Positions 51,649-60,876 of a stretch of 64,000 nt of DNA are shown one piece after another. Positions within the stretch are counted from its first letter, which is position 1. Every line of letters begins with the position of its first letter. Source of the DNA: Candidatus Bathyarchaeota archaeon (GTDB lineage Archaea > Thermoproteota > Bathyarchaeia > Bathyarchaeales > Bathycorpusculaceae); the NCBI GenBank assembly GCA_963775465.1, contig CAVZIW010000013.1:1-64000 (forward strand), given 5' to 3'. Position numbers and translations under genes: made by a program. The notes below the pieces were generated by a model. The model was given only the letters and a program-made list of their open reading frames with translations. It was not told where the DNA came from and made no database searches.

Positions 51649-51834
51649 TTATGGTCCTTGGAAGCCGCATTTGGGGCATTTGTATAGGCGTCCGAATTTG
51701 CGGCATTTACCGTCGCGTTTGATTTGAATTTCACCGCAGCTGGGGCAGAGGAACTTTGTAGATTCGCTACCTGGCGGAATTGGTTTACCGCAACTGGTGC
51801 ATGTAACCAATGATAGTGCATTTCTTTCTGTCAT
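51649..51834 (-). CDS. Zn-ribbon protein (DUF1610/HVO_2753 family)
   Basis: CTSC...FLCPSCG...RDGKCRK...YKCPKCGFQGP, upstream of EF-1beta. Confidence 0.9.
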   Translation of the reverse strand: MTERNALSLVTCTSCGKPIPPGSESTKFLCPSCGEIQIKRDGKCRKFGRLYKCPKCGFQGP

Positions 51835-52066
51835 AACTTGACCTTCTGTTCCGTGAATATTGTAAGACCTCCTTATATCTGCTGTGCTCAAGTTGGGATA
51901 GTCCGTAGTTTCCAAAGGTCTAATATTAAACAAGTTAGATCGTAAGTGAACATTTCTCATTTAATTGGTCAGAATTAAAAATTGCAGCAATCAAACGGCT
52001 TTTCTCAAAATAAGTCCGTTACTGTTTTATATTCAGCCCGCGTAAACCTGCAAAGAAGAGATTTAC

Positions 52067-53509
52067 ATGTCTGATACTGGAGTTACCGTCAAGAAGAATC
52101 AAGATTTTAGTGAGTGGTATGTTGAAGTTATCCTAAAAGCTGAACTTGCAGATTACGCCCCTGTCAAAGGATGCATGATTATTCGCCCAGATGCATATGC
52201 CGTTTGGGAGAAAATCCAAGAAGTTGTAAACCAAAAAATCAAAGCTACTGGACATCGTAACACCTATTTCCCGATGTTTATCCCTGAAGCGTTCCTCAAA
52301 AAAGAGGCTGAGCATTTTGAAGGCTTTACTCCAGAAGTGGCATGGATAACTCAGGGCGGAGACACTCCCCTAGAGGAGAAATTGGCGGTTCGCCCTACCA
52401 GCGAAACTATAATGTATGCTATGTTTAGCAAGTGGATTCGTAGTTGGCGTGATTTGCCTCTTAAGATTAACCAGTGGTGTAATATTGTGAGATGGGAAAC
52501 TAAAGCTACTAAATTGTTTTTGCGCACAAGAGAGTTCCTTTGGCAGGAAGGTCACACCGCGCATGCTACAAGTGAAGAAGCTAAAACTGAAGTCATGTGG
52601 GCTCTTAATATGTACAAGGAGGTTGTTGAGAATTATTTAGCAATCCCTGTTATAATTGGCACTAAAAGTGATAGTGAAAAGTTCGCTGGTGCGCTGTATA
52701 CGACGGCTCTTGAATCTATGATGCCGGATGGTAAAGCCTTGCAGATGGGGACTAGCCATAATTTGGGTCAACATTTTGCAAAGGTTTTTGATGTGAAATT
52801 CGTGGGTGAAGACGAGCAGGACCATTTTGTTTGGCAAACCAGTTGGGGGATTACGACAAGGCTTATTGGAGCTATGATTATGGTTCACGGGGATGACAAG
52901 GGTTTGATGATGCCTCCTAAAGTCGCTCCTGTTCAGGTTGTCATCGTTCCTATTCTCTTCAAGGGGGTAGAGGCAGAAGCAATTGCAGCTAAGACAAAAG
53001 AAATTGCTCAAACTCTAAGAGCAGATGGTTTAAGCGTGATTTTGGATGATCGAAATGAGTATACACCTGGTTGGAAGTTTAATCAATGGGAACTCAAGGG
53101 TGTTCCGATCAGGATTGAGCTTGGACCTCGTGATCTCAAACAAGGACAGGTCGTAATTGTTAGACGTGATACTTGCCAGAAAAGCCCTGTTAAAGAAGCA
53201 GACATTTCCGCTAAGGTTGCAGGTTTATTGCAAGAAATACAAGGCAATATGCTTGCTAAAGCCAGAGCAGTTCTGCAAGAAAAAATCACCGTTGTAGATT
53301 CGTACGAGGAATTCAAAAAGGTGCTTTTGGAGAAGGGGGGTTTCTTGAAGGCAGCTTGGTGCGGCAGCTCAGAGTGTGAAGCAAAAGTGAAGGATCAAAC
53401 AGGTGCTACTATCCGAGTGCGACCTTTTGAAGTTGAGGAGCCTACCTCAAGTTGTGTCGTTTGTGGAGTGAAAGCTAAAGAAACTGTGTACTTTGCTAGG
53501 TCGTATTAG
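52067..53509 (+). CDS. proS: Proline-tRNA ligase (archaeal/eukaryotic type)
   Basis: RPTSET, FLRTREFLWQEGHT, SWGITTR, C-terminal ARSY. Confidence 0.97.
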   Translation: MSDTGVTVKKNQDFSEWYVEVILKAELADYAPVKGCMIIRPDAYAVWEKIQEVVNQKIKATGHRNTYFPMFIPEAFLKKEAEHFEGFTPEVAWITQGGDTPLEEKLAVRPTSETIMYAMFSKWIRSWRDLPLKINQWCNIVRWETKATKLFLRTREFLWQEGHTAHATSEEAKTEVMWALNMYKEVVENYLAIPVIIGTKSDSEKFAGALYTTALESMMPDGKALQMGTSHNLGQHFAKVFDVKFVGEDEQDHFVWQTSWGITTRLIGAMIMVHGDDKGLMMPPKVAPVQVVIVPILFKGVEAEAIAAKTKEIAQTLRADGLSVILDDRNEYTPGWKFNQWELKGVPIRIELGPRDLKQGQVVIVRRDTCQKSPVKEADISAKVAGLLQEIQGNMLAKARAVLQEKITVVDSYEEFKKVLLEKGGFLKAAWCGSSECEAKVKDQTGATIRVRPFEVEEPTSSCVVCGVKAKETVYFARSY

Positions 53510-53511
53510 AC

Positions 53512-55344
53512 TTATTCTTCCATTTTTACATATTTTTCTAGCTGAATAGCTTCATCTTGCAAGCCTAGCTTTTTGAGGGTGGATTTTTTGGGAACCCCGT
53601 TTTCATCCCATCCTTTTATGGCGTAATAGTTGCTTAGCATTGTTTGATATTTGTCTAAGTCAAGTTTGGAGCCTTTCTGGTTTCCGTCAGTTAATGGTTC
53701 ATTAAACCATCGCAGGGGCGGAACATCTAGGTCGCGGTTCCATCTGTTGCCGTATTCGCGTATCCAGTATGCGCGGATTAAAGTAAGTATACGGTCGCTG
53801 ATTTGATTTATTCTATCTATCGAGAAGTCTTGTCCTGTTGACGCTTTCAGGTATTTTGGGTACCATTCAAGTTGGAGCCCTAGTGGGGTGTAAGGAAAAC
53901 GGCAGACGGTAAATGCTTCAAAAGCTCCGCCGCGGATAAGCTGGTTTTTGATCAGGTATTCTGCTTTTGCTTGGTTGTAGCTGTCTTTTCCTGTTTGGAT
54001 TTCCCACGTTATTATCCAGGCGTCTTTGTGGTGGGCTCCAATTGAGCTTGTTCCATAAGCTAATGCCATGCCGGGAGCAGTGTGGCAGTCGTATGCGCTG
54101 ACTTCTAAGCCCTTAACGTGCATAGCCCAATTGTTTGAGTCTTTGCCGAAAGTTTTGGCTGCAGTTCGTACGCCTTCAGCTAAAGGTACTCCTAAACCTC
54201 GTTTGTATGCAATGTCAGTAATCAAGGTTTTAATTGCTTCAAAATCGCCCCAATCGATTTTCTCAGAGATTACTCCTTTTTGTGAGGATTCCATTGCAAA
54301 TGCTATTACGCTTCCTAATGAGATTGTGTCAAAGCCGTATTCGTCTGCCATTCGGTTTAAGGTGGCAATTTGCTTGAGGTTGCCTAAGCCGATGTTGGAG
54401 CCAAGCATAACTACGTTCTCGTAATCTAACTCTGAGTCTTTGTCTTCGCTGTCTTTGACGATGTTGCCGCAGGTCATGTTGCATTGGGGACAGCCGCGGT
54501 TGGATACTTTAATTTTTTCCATAGTGAAGCCGTTTATGTCTTCTGCTTTGTCGAATACTCCTTCTTTGAAGTTACGGGTGGGAAGGCAACTGTTTTCTTG
54601 ACACCAATCGACTGTGTTCATGGTGCCTTGGCGTTTCCAGAAAGAGTAGTTCGGTTTAGTTAGGATTTCTTTGTAGCCTTCAATTGCTAGTTGTTTCATT
54701 TCTTGCGGGTATGTAAGGGTGATTGGCTGTGTACCTTCAATTACGAGGGCTTTTAGGTTTTTGCTTCCCATGACTGCGCCCATTCCGGGGCGACCACCTG
54801 CTCGACCTTCTTGAGAAACCACTGTCGCGAATCGGACCAGGTTCTCTCCTGCTTGGCCTATCGAGATTATTCCAGCTAACTTGGAGGATTTCATTCTGAG
54901 TTTTTCTTCTGTTTCAAAGGAGTTCTTTCCCCACAGATCCTTTGCATCTAAGAATTCGCAGGTTTTGTTTTTTATTTGGATTATTACTGGAGTGGGTGCT
55001 TTGCCTTCGATTATGAGTGCGTCGTAACCTGCTTTGCGTATGTTCACTGCTGCCCATGAACCTGTGTTTCCGTCGCCGTAGCCGCCTGTTAGAGGGCTTT
55101 TTGATGCAATTACGAGTTTTCCGCTGTTGGGTAACCCTATGCCTGTCAAGGGACCTGTTGCGAAAATTAGTAGGTTTTCAGGAGTTAATGGGTCGGTTCC
55201 GGCTTTGAGTCTGTCCCATAGGATTTTTGCTGCGAATCCTCTGCCGCCTAAAAAATTTGAAGCTAAGCGTTCTTCGTAGTGTTCGATGGTTGATTTGCTG
55301 TTAGTTAGATCTATTTTTAGAAAAGAACCTGTCCAGCCTTTCAT
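53512..55344 (-). CDS. Tungsten-type aldehyde:ferredoxin oxidoreductase family
   Basis: LGGRG, KSPLTG, GRPGMGAVMGSKNLKA, CPQCNMTC, DYE, KGLE. Confidence 0.93.
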   Translation of the reverse strand: MKGWTGSFLKIDLTNSKSTIEHYEERLASNFLGGRGFAAKILWDRLKAGTDPLTPENLLIFATGPLTGIGLPNSGKLVIASKSPLTGGYGDGNTGSWAAVNIRKAGYDALIIEGKAPTPVIIQIKNKTCEFLDAKDLWGKNSFETEEKLRMKSSKLAGIISIGQAGENLVRFATVVSQEGRAGGRPGMGAVMGSKNLKALVIEGTQPITLTYPQEMKQLAIEGYKEILTKPNYSFWKRQGTMNTVDWCQENSCLPTRNFKEGVFDKAEDINGFTMEKIKVSNRGCPQCNMTCGNIVKDSEDKDSELDYENVVMLGSNIGLGNLKQIATLNRMADEYGFDTISLGSVIAFAMESSQKGVISEKIDWGDFEAIKTLITDIAYKRGLGVPLAEGVRTAAKTFGKDSNNWAMHVKGLEVSAYDCHTAPGMALAYGTSSIGAHHKDAWIITWEIQTGKDSYNQAKAEYLIKNQLIRGGAFEAFTVCRFPYTPLGLQLEWYPKYLKASTGQDFSIDRINQISDRILTLIRAYWIREYGNRWNRDLDVPPLRWFNEPLTDGNQKGSKLDLDKYQTMLSNYYAIKGWDENGVPKKSTLKKLGLQDEAIQLEKYVKMEE

Positions 55345-55573
55345 GGGACTAAAAAATACATCGGGAAGATAAAAATGTGCTTAGAATAGCAGTAAGGGTT
55401 TGTTAGTAGATTGTGTCTTGATGTTTGTTTTGAACTGTTTTTGGTGTTGGACCAGCTATTGATGAATATTACTTTGTTAAATTGGTAGTGTTGTTAACTG
55501 GTTGAGTGAAAATGAAGAATTTTTGTAAACATTTTATAGTCTGTCCATCTTTTGTTTGGGTCGGTGAAAGGTT

Positions 55574-57052
55574 TTGGGTGAAAATGATCGTCGTGCTACG
55601 CCTGAGCGGGTTCCGTTAGAGAGAGTTAACGATTACATGTGGGAGATTCCAAAGTACAAGTCGCAGATGAAAGTTCCTGGCATGATTTTTGCCAATCAGG
55701 CGTTGCTTGAGAAGATGCAGACGGATCGAACACTTTGGCAATGTTCTAATGTGGCGCAGCTTCCGGGGATATACAAGTATGCTGTGACTTTGCCTGATGG
55801 TCATGAGGGTTATGGGTTTCCAATCGGTGGTGTAGCAGCAACTGATTACGAAAATGGAGTGATCAGTCCCGGTGGAGTTGGATATGACATAAACTGTGGG
55901 GTTCGTCTTTTGTCGACAAGATTGGTTGAAAAAGATGTTCGTGCCAAATTGTCGGCGTTGGCGGAGAAAATTTTTCGGAATGTTCCTTCTGGGTTGGGAA
56001 GTCGGAGAAAGGACTTCACTATCTCTTCTCACGATTTGGAAACATTGGTTGTTGAGGGTGTGCAGTGGCTTATTGATCGAGGTCTTGGCTGGCAGGGTGA
56101 TGATGAACATTGTGAAGAGAGTGGCCAAATGGCGAATGCTAACCCTGATAAAGTCTCAAATACTGCAAAGAAGAGAGGTTTAACTCAAATTGGGACCTTG
56201 GGTTCAGGGAACCATTTTTTGGAAATTCAAAAAGTTGACAAGATTTTTAATCCGAAAACTGCGAAAGCCTTTGGAATTGAGGAGGAGGGGCAAGTTATGG
56301 TTATGATTCATTGTGGTTCCAGAGGGTATGGACATCAAGTCTGCTCAGATTATTTGCGGGTTATGGAGCATGCTGTTCAGAAATACAAGATATCTTTGCC
56401 TGATCGTGAGTTAGCCTGTGCGCCTGGCAGTAGTGGTGAAGCTAGAGATTACATTGAGGCCATGGCGTGTGCTGTGAATTATGCGTTTTGTAACCGGCAA
56501 GCGATTATGCATTGGGTGCGTCAGAGTTTTCAGCAAGTTTACGGTGAAGACTCGGAAAAATTCGGTTTAAAGCTTGTTTATGATGTGGCGCATAACATTG
56601 CCAAGACTGAAGAGCATGACATTGATGGGGTAACTAGGAAGGTTTGGGTTCACCGCAAAGGAGCTACCCGGGCTTTTCCTGCTGGGCATCCTGACGTTCC
56701 AGATGATTACCGCAGTGAGGGGCAACCAGTCTTGATTCCGGGCAGCATGGGTACGAGTTCTTGGGTTTTGGTTGGTTCTCAGAAAGCTATGGATTTGACT
56801 TTTGGTTCAACGGCTCATGGTGCTGGGAGAATGATGAGTCGTTCAGCTGCTAAGAGGAAATATTGGGGAGGTGACATAAAGGCTGGTTTGGAGAAACGTG
56901 GCATTGTAGTTCGTGCAGCGAGTGCTTCGGTGTTGGCTGAAGAGGCTGATTCTGCTTACAAGAATGTGGATGTCGTTGCTGATGTTAGCGACAAGGTGGG
57001 GATTGCAACTAAGGTTGCTAGGTTGGTTCCGTTGGCCGTTGTGAAGGGCTAG
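55574..57052 (+). CDS. rtcB: RNA ligase RtcB
   Basis: PDGHEGYGFPIGG, DINCG, GSGNHFLE, HRKGAT, HGAGR. Confidence 0.97.
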   Translation: MGENDRRATPERVPLERVNDYMWEIPKYKSQMKVPGMIFANQALLEKMQTDRTLWQCSNVAQLPGIYKYAVTLPDGHEGYGFPIGGVAATDYENGVISPGGVGYDINCGVRLLSTRLVEKDVRAKLSALAEKIFRNVPSGLGSRRKDFTISSHDLETLVVEGVQWLIDRGLGWQGDDEHCEESGQMANANPDKVSNTAKKRGLTQIGTLGSGNHFLEIQKVDKIFNPKTAKAFGIEEEGQVMVMIHCGSRGYGHQVCSDYLRVMEHAVQKYKISLPDRELACAPGSSGEARDYIEAMACAVNYAFCNRQAIMHWVRQSFQQVYGEDSEKFGLKLVYDVAHNIAKTEEHDIDGVTRKVWVHRKGATRAFPAGHPDVPDDYRSEGQPVLIPGSMGTSSWVLVGSQKAMDLTFGSTAHGAGRMMSRSAAKRKYWGGDIKAGLEKRGIVVRAASASVLAEEADSAYKNVDVVADVSDKVGIATKVARLVPLAVVKG

Positions 57053-57101
57053 CGGAACGTTTGTTTGTTAGTGGGTCGCTAGTTTTTTTCTTCTTTTTTT
57101 T
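57049..57101 (+). terminator. Putative terminator after rtcB
   Basis: CTAGCG...CGCTAG inverted repeat followed by long T runs. Confidence 0.5.
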
Positions 57102-57394
57102 GGGTTTTTGTTTTGGTTGTTGTGGAATGCTATTGTGTTGCATTTTTTTTGGTTTGTTTTAAGTTTGGTTTTTGGGTTTAGGTTTTTATTCAGTTGCGGT
57201 TTGGTTGTAGTTGTTGAACATTTTCCGGGTATTATTTTTTTTAAGATGGTTTTTGGAAGAGGAATTGGCTAGTAGAGGCGGTGATATTTCTAAGCGTTAG
57301 TTCTCTTTTGTTAGTAACAAGTCTGTGGGTAAAGCAAAGATTAACCTTAATATCCTCAGAAATCGCATGGTAAGTTAAGGCATTTTTCAGTTGG

Positions 57395-58060
57395 GTGTTT
57401 GCGTTGAAGGATGAATGCGGCATCTGCGGCAGAGTCATGCGGACAACGTATATGCGGCAGTGTCAACGTTGCAGGAAAATGTTTTGTCGAGACTGCATGA
57501 CACCCGACATTGCTACTGGCGATCCAAATGTGATGCTTTGTTTGCACTGTGCTAGGCGGATTGTGGCGCCGAGAACTTTCTCGAAGTATGCTGGGCTTGA
57601 AAGACACCTAAAGTTTAGAGCTGCCTTCACAAACGTCGTGAAGCTTTCCTTTGCACGCATCGATGGACTAATCGGAAGCAACCTTCCAATGGGTGCTTAT
57701 CGTGATTCGTTTTGGTGGAGTAACGTTTCTTCGAGTGCACATGCAAAAGCTTGGCTAAATGCGGGTTGGGAGGTTCAGGAAGTAAACCTGAAAGAAGGGG
57801 TCGTTGTTTTTCATAAAGTCAGAGAAGTAGCCCGCAAAAAAATTAGAAGAAAAAACCTTGAGATCACACAGCCCTTTACGCCTGTGCCGGTTCATGTTCC
57901 GCGTTCTAAGGTGCCTTCGAAAACCAAGGTTTCAAAGCTTTATGCGCGAATCAAGAATCTTGAGCGGCAACGTAATATGGGTCGTCAACCTATCAGGGGT
58001 TTTAAGCCTAAATCGAATTATCAGAAGCGACTTTTTAAGAACAATGAAAAACCAAAATAA
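57395..58060 (+). CDS. Hypothetical protein: 8-Cys FYVE-like finger + DUF7662-like domain + basic tail
   Basis: C-x2-C-x11-C-x2-C-x4-C-x2-C-x14-C-x2-C; SKY..L...LSF..I...LP..A...WWSN...HAKAWLNAGW. Confidence 0.8.
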   Translation: MFALKDECGICGRVMRTTYMRQCQRCRKMFCRDCMTPDIATGDPNVMLCLHCARRIVAPRTFSKYAGLERHLKFRAAFTNVVKLSFARIDGLIGSNLPMGAYRDSFWWSNVSSSAHAKAWLNAGWEVQEVNLKEGVVVFHKVREVARKKIRRKNLEITQPFTPVPVHVPRSKVPSKTKVSKLYARIKNLERQRNMGRQPIRGFKPKSNYQKRLFKNNEKPK

Positions 58061-58092
58061 CATCAAATAACTAATTGGTTTAGGGTGTCCTG

Positions 58093-58620
58093 TTGCTTGA
58101 GCAAATCGTTAACTTAACAGTCCAAGAAGCATATGATAAAATAAGGACAGCCTTGTCTGAGGAAAATTGTAGATTTCTTTCTGAGAAATCTCTTAGGCAG
58201 ATCATCGTTAAGCAAGGGTCACTGTGGGGAATCTCACCCAAGACCGCAAAGAAAACTATTCAGATAGATTTAGAGCCAACTGACAATGGAACCAAAGTTA
58301 ATTGCATATCCAAATTGTCTTCGGATTGGAAAAATATCACTCTAATCGGCTGCGTGTTGGCAGCTATTCTTGTGGGGCTATGTATATGGATGGTTATTGA
58401 TCTTACCGCTTTTATGTCAACAAATGTTCAGAGTGTTTGGAGTTGGCTGGTTACTGAGGGTGGAAATGTAAATGTTTTGGGGGGAAAAGCCTTCATTAAT
58501 TTGGCGTGGGAATTAGCGGTTTTTCTTACAATTGTTATTGTGTTAGAAGCAGTGATTGTGGTTTATGTTAGATCTAAAATCGATTTATTTGCCTCTAAAA
58601 TCCTCAGGGCGTTAAGTTAA
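58093..58620 (+). CDS. Hypothetical membrane protein
   Basis: Soluble N-domain (QGSLWG) plus two TM helices. Confidence 0.75.
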   Translation: MLEQIVNLTVQEAYDKIRTALSEENCRFLSEKSLRQIIVKQGSLWGISPKTAKKTIQIDLEPTDNGTKVNCISKLSSDWKNITLIGCVLAAILVGLCIWMVIDLTAFMSTNVQSVWSWLVTEGGNVNVLGGKAFINLAWELAVFLTIVIVLEAVIVVYVRSKIDLFASKILRALS

Positions 58621-58641
58621 GGCGTTGTATGGTTGGGTTTC

Positions 58642-59781
58642 TTAACCTGTTTTCTTCCCACATTGTTGGCAAAAAACTGCGTAGTTTTTGTTGTTTGCCC
58701 CACAAAATACGCAGAATTTGCTTTCCTCAGAATTTGAGTTTGTCGTTTGAGTTGAAGTTTCTTTGGGTGAAGGTTCCGTTTTTAGTAGAATTGGCTTTTG
58801 TTTTGGTCGTCTAACTGACCAAACGGCAAGCGCAATCGATGTAACTATTGCAAATGCTAAAAGTATAAACAATGGGAGATTTTCGGAAATTAAGTTAACT
58901 GATAGACGTAAAACGGGCTGGATTGTTGGTTTTGTGACGTTGGGGGATGTAGTTTCGTTTGGGTTAGGGTTAACTGTTGGTGTTGGTACGGTAGAGACGC
59001 TTCGACCATTGGTCGGTGAAGGTTCATTATCTGGATTTATTATAACATTTGGCACAAACTGTTTGGTCTCATCTATGCTGTAGATGTATGCGCTTTGACC
59101 TTGGAATTCGGTTGGTATCTGCCCAATCTTGAAGCCATCCCCGGTCGTTTCACAGTAATAGTATGTGTTGTTGGAGCCTTCAGGGTAGGTCCAGTAGGTT
59201 CCCTTAAGGTTTTCTCCTAATATGCCGACGGCGTAATGGTTGGGCGGGTTTAGGTAAACAGTGCCATAGCCCATTATGAGCGTTAACGTTGCAAAGAGAA
59301 TGGATGTGTCTTCGCAGTCTCCACCATCATCCACTAAAGTTTCAATGGGAAATCGAGGGTATTCGTCGGAGCCTGTTGTTACTTTGTCAGATGTATAGGG
59401 CAAGCTTTGAACGAAAGCTAAGACGAAACTGACTTGGTCATATGAGTTGTATTCTAGCTGTGTAGTTGTTTCGTTTAATTTCTGGGCTAAAACACGCATG
59501 TAATAATCATCGGTGGTTGTCATAAATCCATAGCCTGCGGGTCCGTTGCGTGTTCGGGTGGAATCTGGTACTGCCCTGTAAGCGGCGTAAAGATCGACAG
59601 GAATGCTTAGGTTCCATGTCCAGTGGTTGCCGTCATAATCCCAAGCAAATGATTTTTCGTAGTATTGCGTAGTCTGTGCTGCCACTGGGCGGAAAAGAAT
59701 TATGGGCAGCGATATGATGAGCACTAAGCCAATTATTGCCAGAAATCTGATTGGAGGTTGCTTTAAAGAGAGTTTTTTCAT
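58642..59781 (-). CDS. Membrane-anchored transglutaminase-like protein with C-terminal zinc ribbon
   Basis: Signal/TM, FVQSLPY, PIETL..GGDCED, NHYAVGI, YCETT, P/T linker, TM, CVFC...CQQC. Confidence 0.85.
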   Translation of the reverse strand: MKKLSLKQPPIRFLAIIGLVLIISLPIILFRPVAAQTTQYYEKSFAWDYDGNHWTWNLSIPVDLYAAYRAVPDSTRTRNGPAGYGFMTTTDDYYMRVLAQKLNETTTQLEYNSYDQVSFVLAFVQSLPYTSDKVTTGSDEYPRFPIETLVDDGGDCEDTSILFATLTLIMGYGTVYLNPPNHYAVGILGENLKGTYWTYPEGSNNTYYYCETTGDGFKIGQIPTEFQGQSAYIYSIDETKQFVPNVIINPDNEPSPTNGRSVSTVPTPTVNPNPNETTSPNVTKPTIQPVLRLSVNLISENLPLFILLAFAIVTSIALAVWSVRRPKQKPILLKTEPSPKETSTQTTNSNSEESKFCVFCGANNKNYAVFCQQCGKKTG

Positions 59782-59837
59782 TTTGACCGTCGATGCTTGT
59801 AACTTTTGGAGTTCCAGTGTTTAAAAGTTCTCCCAAA

Positions 59838-60314
59838 TCATGCCTTGACAGGTTTTGTTGAACTGTTAGACGAGGAGAGAAAACTGTATGCAGTGACCAG
59901 AAAAAGGCAAATCATTACCAAAACTCCCGTGTAGGAAAAGTTGCTGAAAAGTGACAAAATCAAAGTCACAAGAGGCAATGGAAATAATAGAGCATAAATG
60001 AATATGATAAAGGCAAGCTTGTTACCTACACTTTCTTTTTTTATGTAGCTTTTTCCGAAAAATACTCCAGCTAATCTCCCAAAGCCGCTAGTGCAGGTTT
60101 TGCATTTGTAGCAGTTGCTGCAGCTGATTCGGCGTAAAACCAAGTAGATGAGGAAAGCTAATATAAGCAAGTAAATCCAGCCGGCTATTTGATTGTAAAG
60201 GAGAACACTTAAGAAAGCAAGAAACACCCATGCGAGAAGTCCAAGGTTGCCTCCGATGAGGAATTTTCGGTTGAATCTAAGTTTTTCTTCAGTCAACACT
60301 TTCCCTTCAATCAA
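59838..60314 (-). CDS. Hypothetical membrane protein with Cys cluster
   Basis: Four TM segments; CSNCYKCKTC..GFG loop. Confidence 0.75.
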   Translation of the reverse strand: MIEGKVLTEEKLRFNRKFLIGGNLGLLAWVFLAFLSVLLYNQIAGWIYLLILAFLIYLVLRRISCSNCYKCKTCTSGFGRLAGVFFGKSYIKKESVGNKLAFIIFIYALLFPLPLVTLILSLFSNFSYTGVLVMICLFLVTAYSFLSSSNSSTKPVKA

Positions 60315-60383
60315 AAAACCAACGATTCAATTATAGATTATTTGTTTAGGCAATAGTTTAGGACAGATTTATTTTAGGTTTGT

Positions 60384-60665
60384 TTATTTTTGTTTGATTA
60401 TTCCATAGCTTTGTTTTTTCCAGGCATCACGGAACTTATTATAGTAGTCTATTGGTTGAAAAACTGGTGCGTATATTAATGACCATTCAAGTCCGCATTT
60501 GCATAAGGCATATACTTTTTTATTTTTAACATCCGCCAAAATCTGAAGAAGCTCTTTTCGGCATTTAGGACAGTAGTAGGGTCCATTCACCATTTGTTTA
60601 GCATCTTTGGTTAGGATTTTCATTCGGCTGCCTGGAAGTTTTTGTTTGCCTTTATCTGAACTCAT
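60384..60665 (-). CDS. Elf1-like zinc-ribbon protein
   Basis: YCPKC...CKCGL...PIDYYNKF.D resembles the Elf1 pattern. Confidence 0.55.
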   Translation of the reverse strand: MSSDKGKQKLPGSRMKILTKDAKQMVNGPYYCPKCRKELLQILADVKNKKVYALCKCGLEWSLIYAPVFQPIDYYNKFRDAWKKQSYGIIKQK

Positions 60666-60876
60666 CTTTGAATCCACTAGTGCATAGTCTCTGGGCAAGA
60701 TATACCATTCCATTCTAAAACTAAAATTAGCAATTTTTAACAAAAGATGTTAACAAGACTTTCAATCTAAATTACTAGATATCGTTTGGAAACGGGTGTT
60801 ACTGGCAGATAAGGGGATAACTTACTGATTAGAAGTTCATAAAGCAATTAAGTAGAAAAAATCTGAATATGTACAG

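Noticed and set aside
1487-56183. Many 60-230 aa ORFs antisense to or nested in recognised genes (e.g. 1487-2176, 50788-51228, 55616-56128)
   Set aside because: Overlap well-supported CDSs and carry no motifs
49038-57052. Inteins in Cdc48 or RtcB
   Set aside because: Protein lengths are normal and motifs uninterrupted
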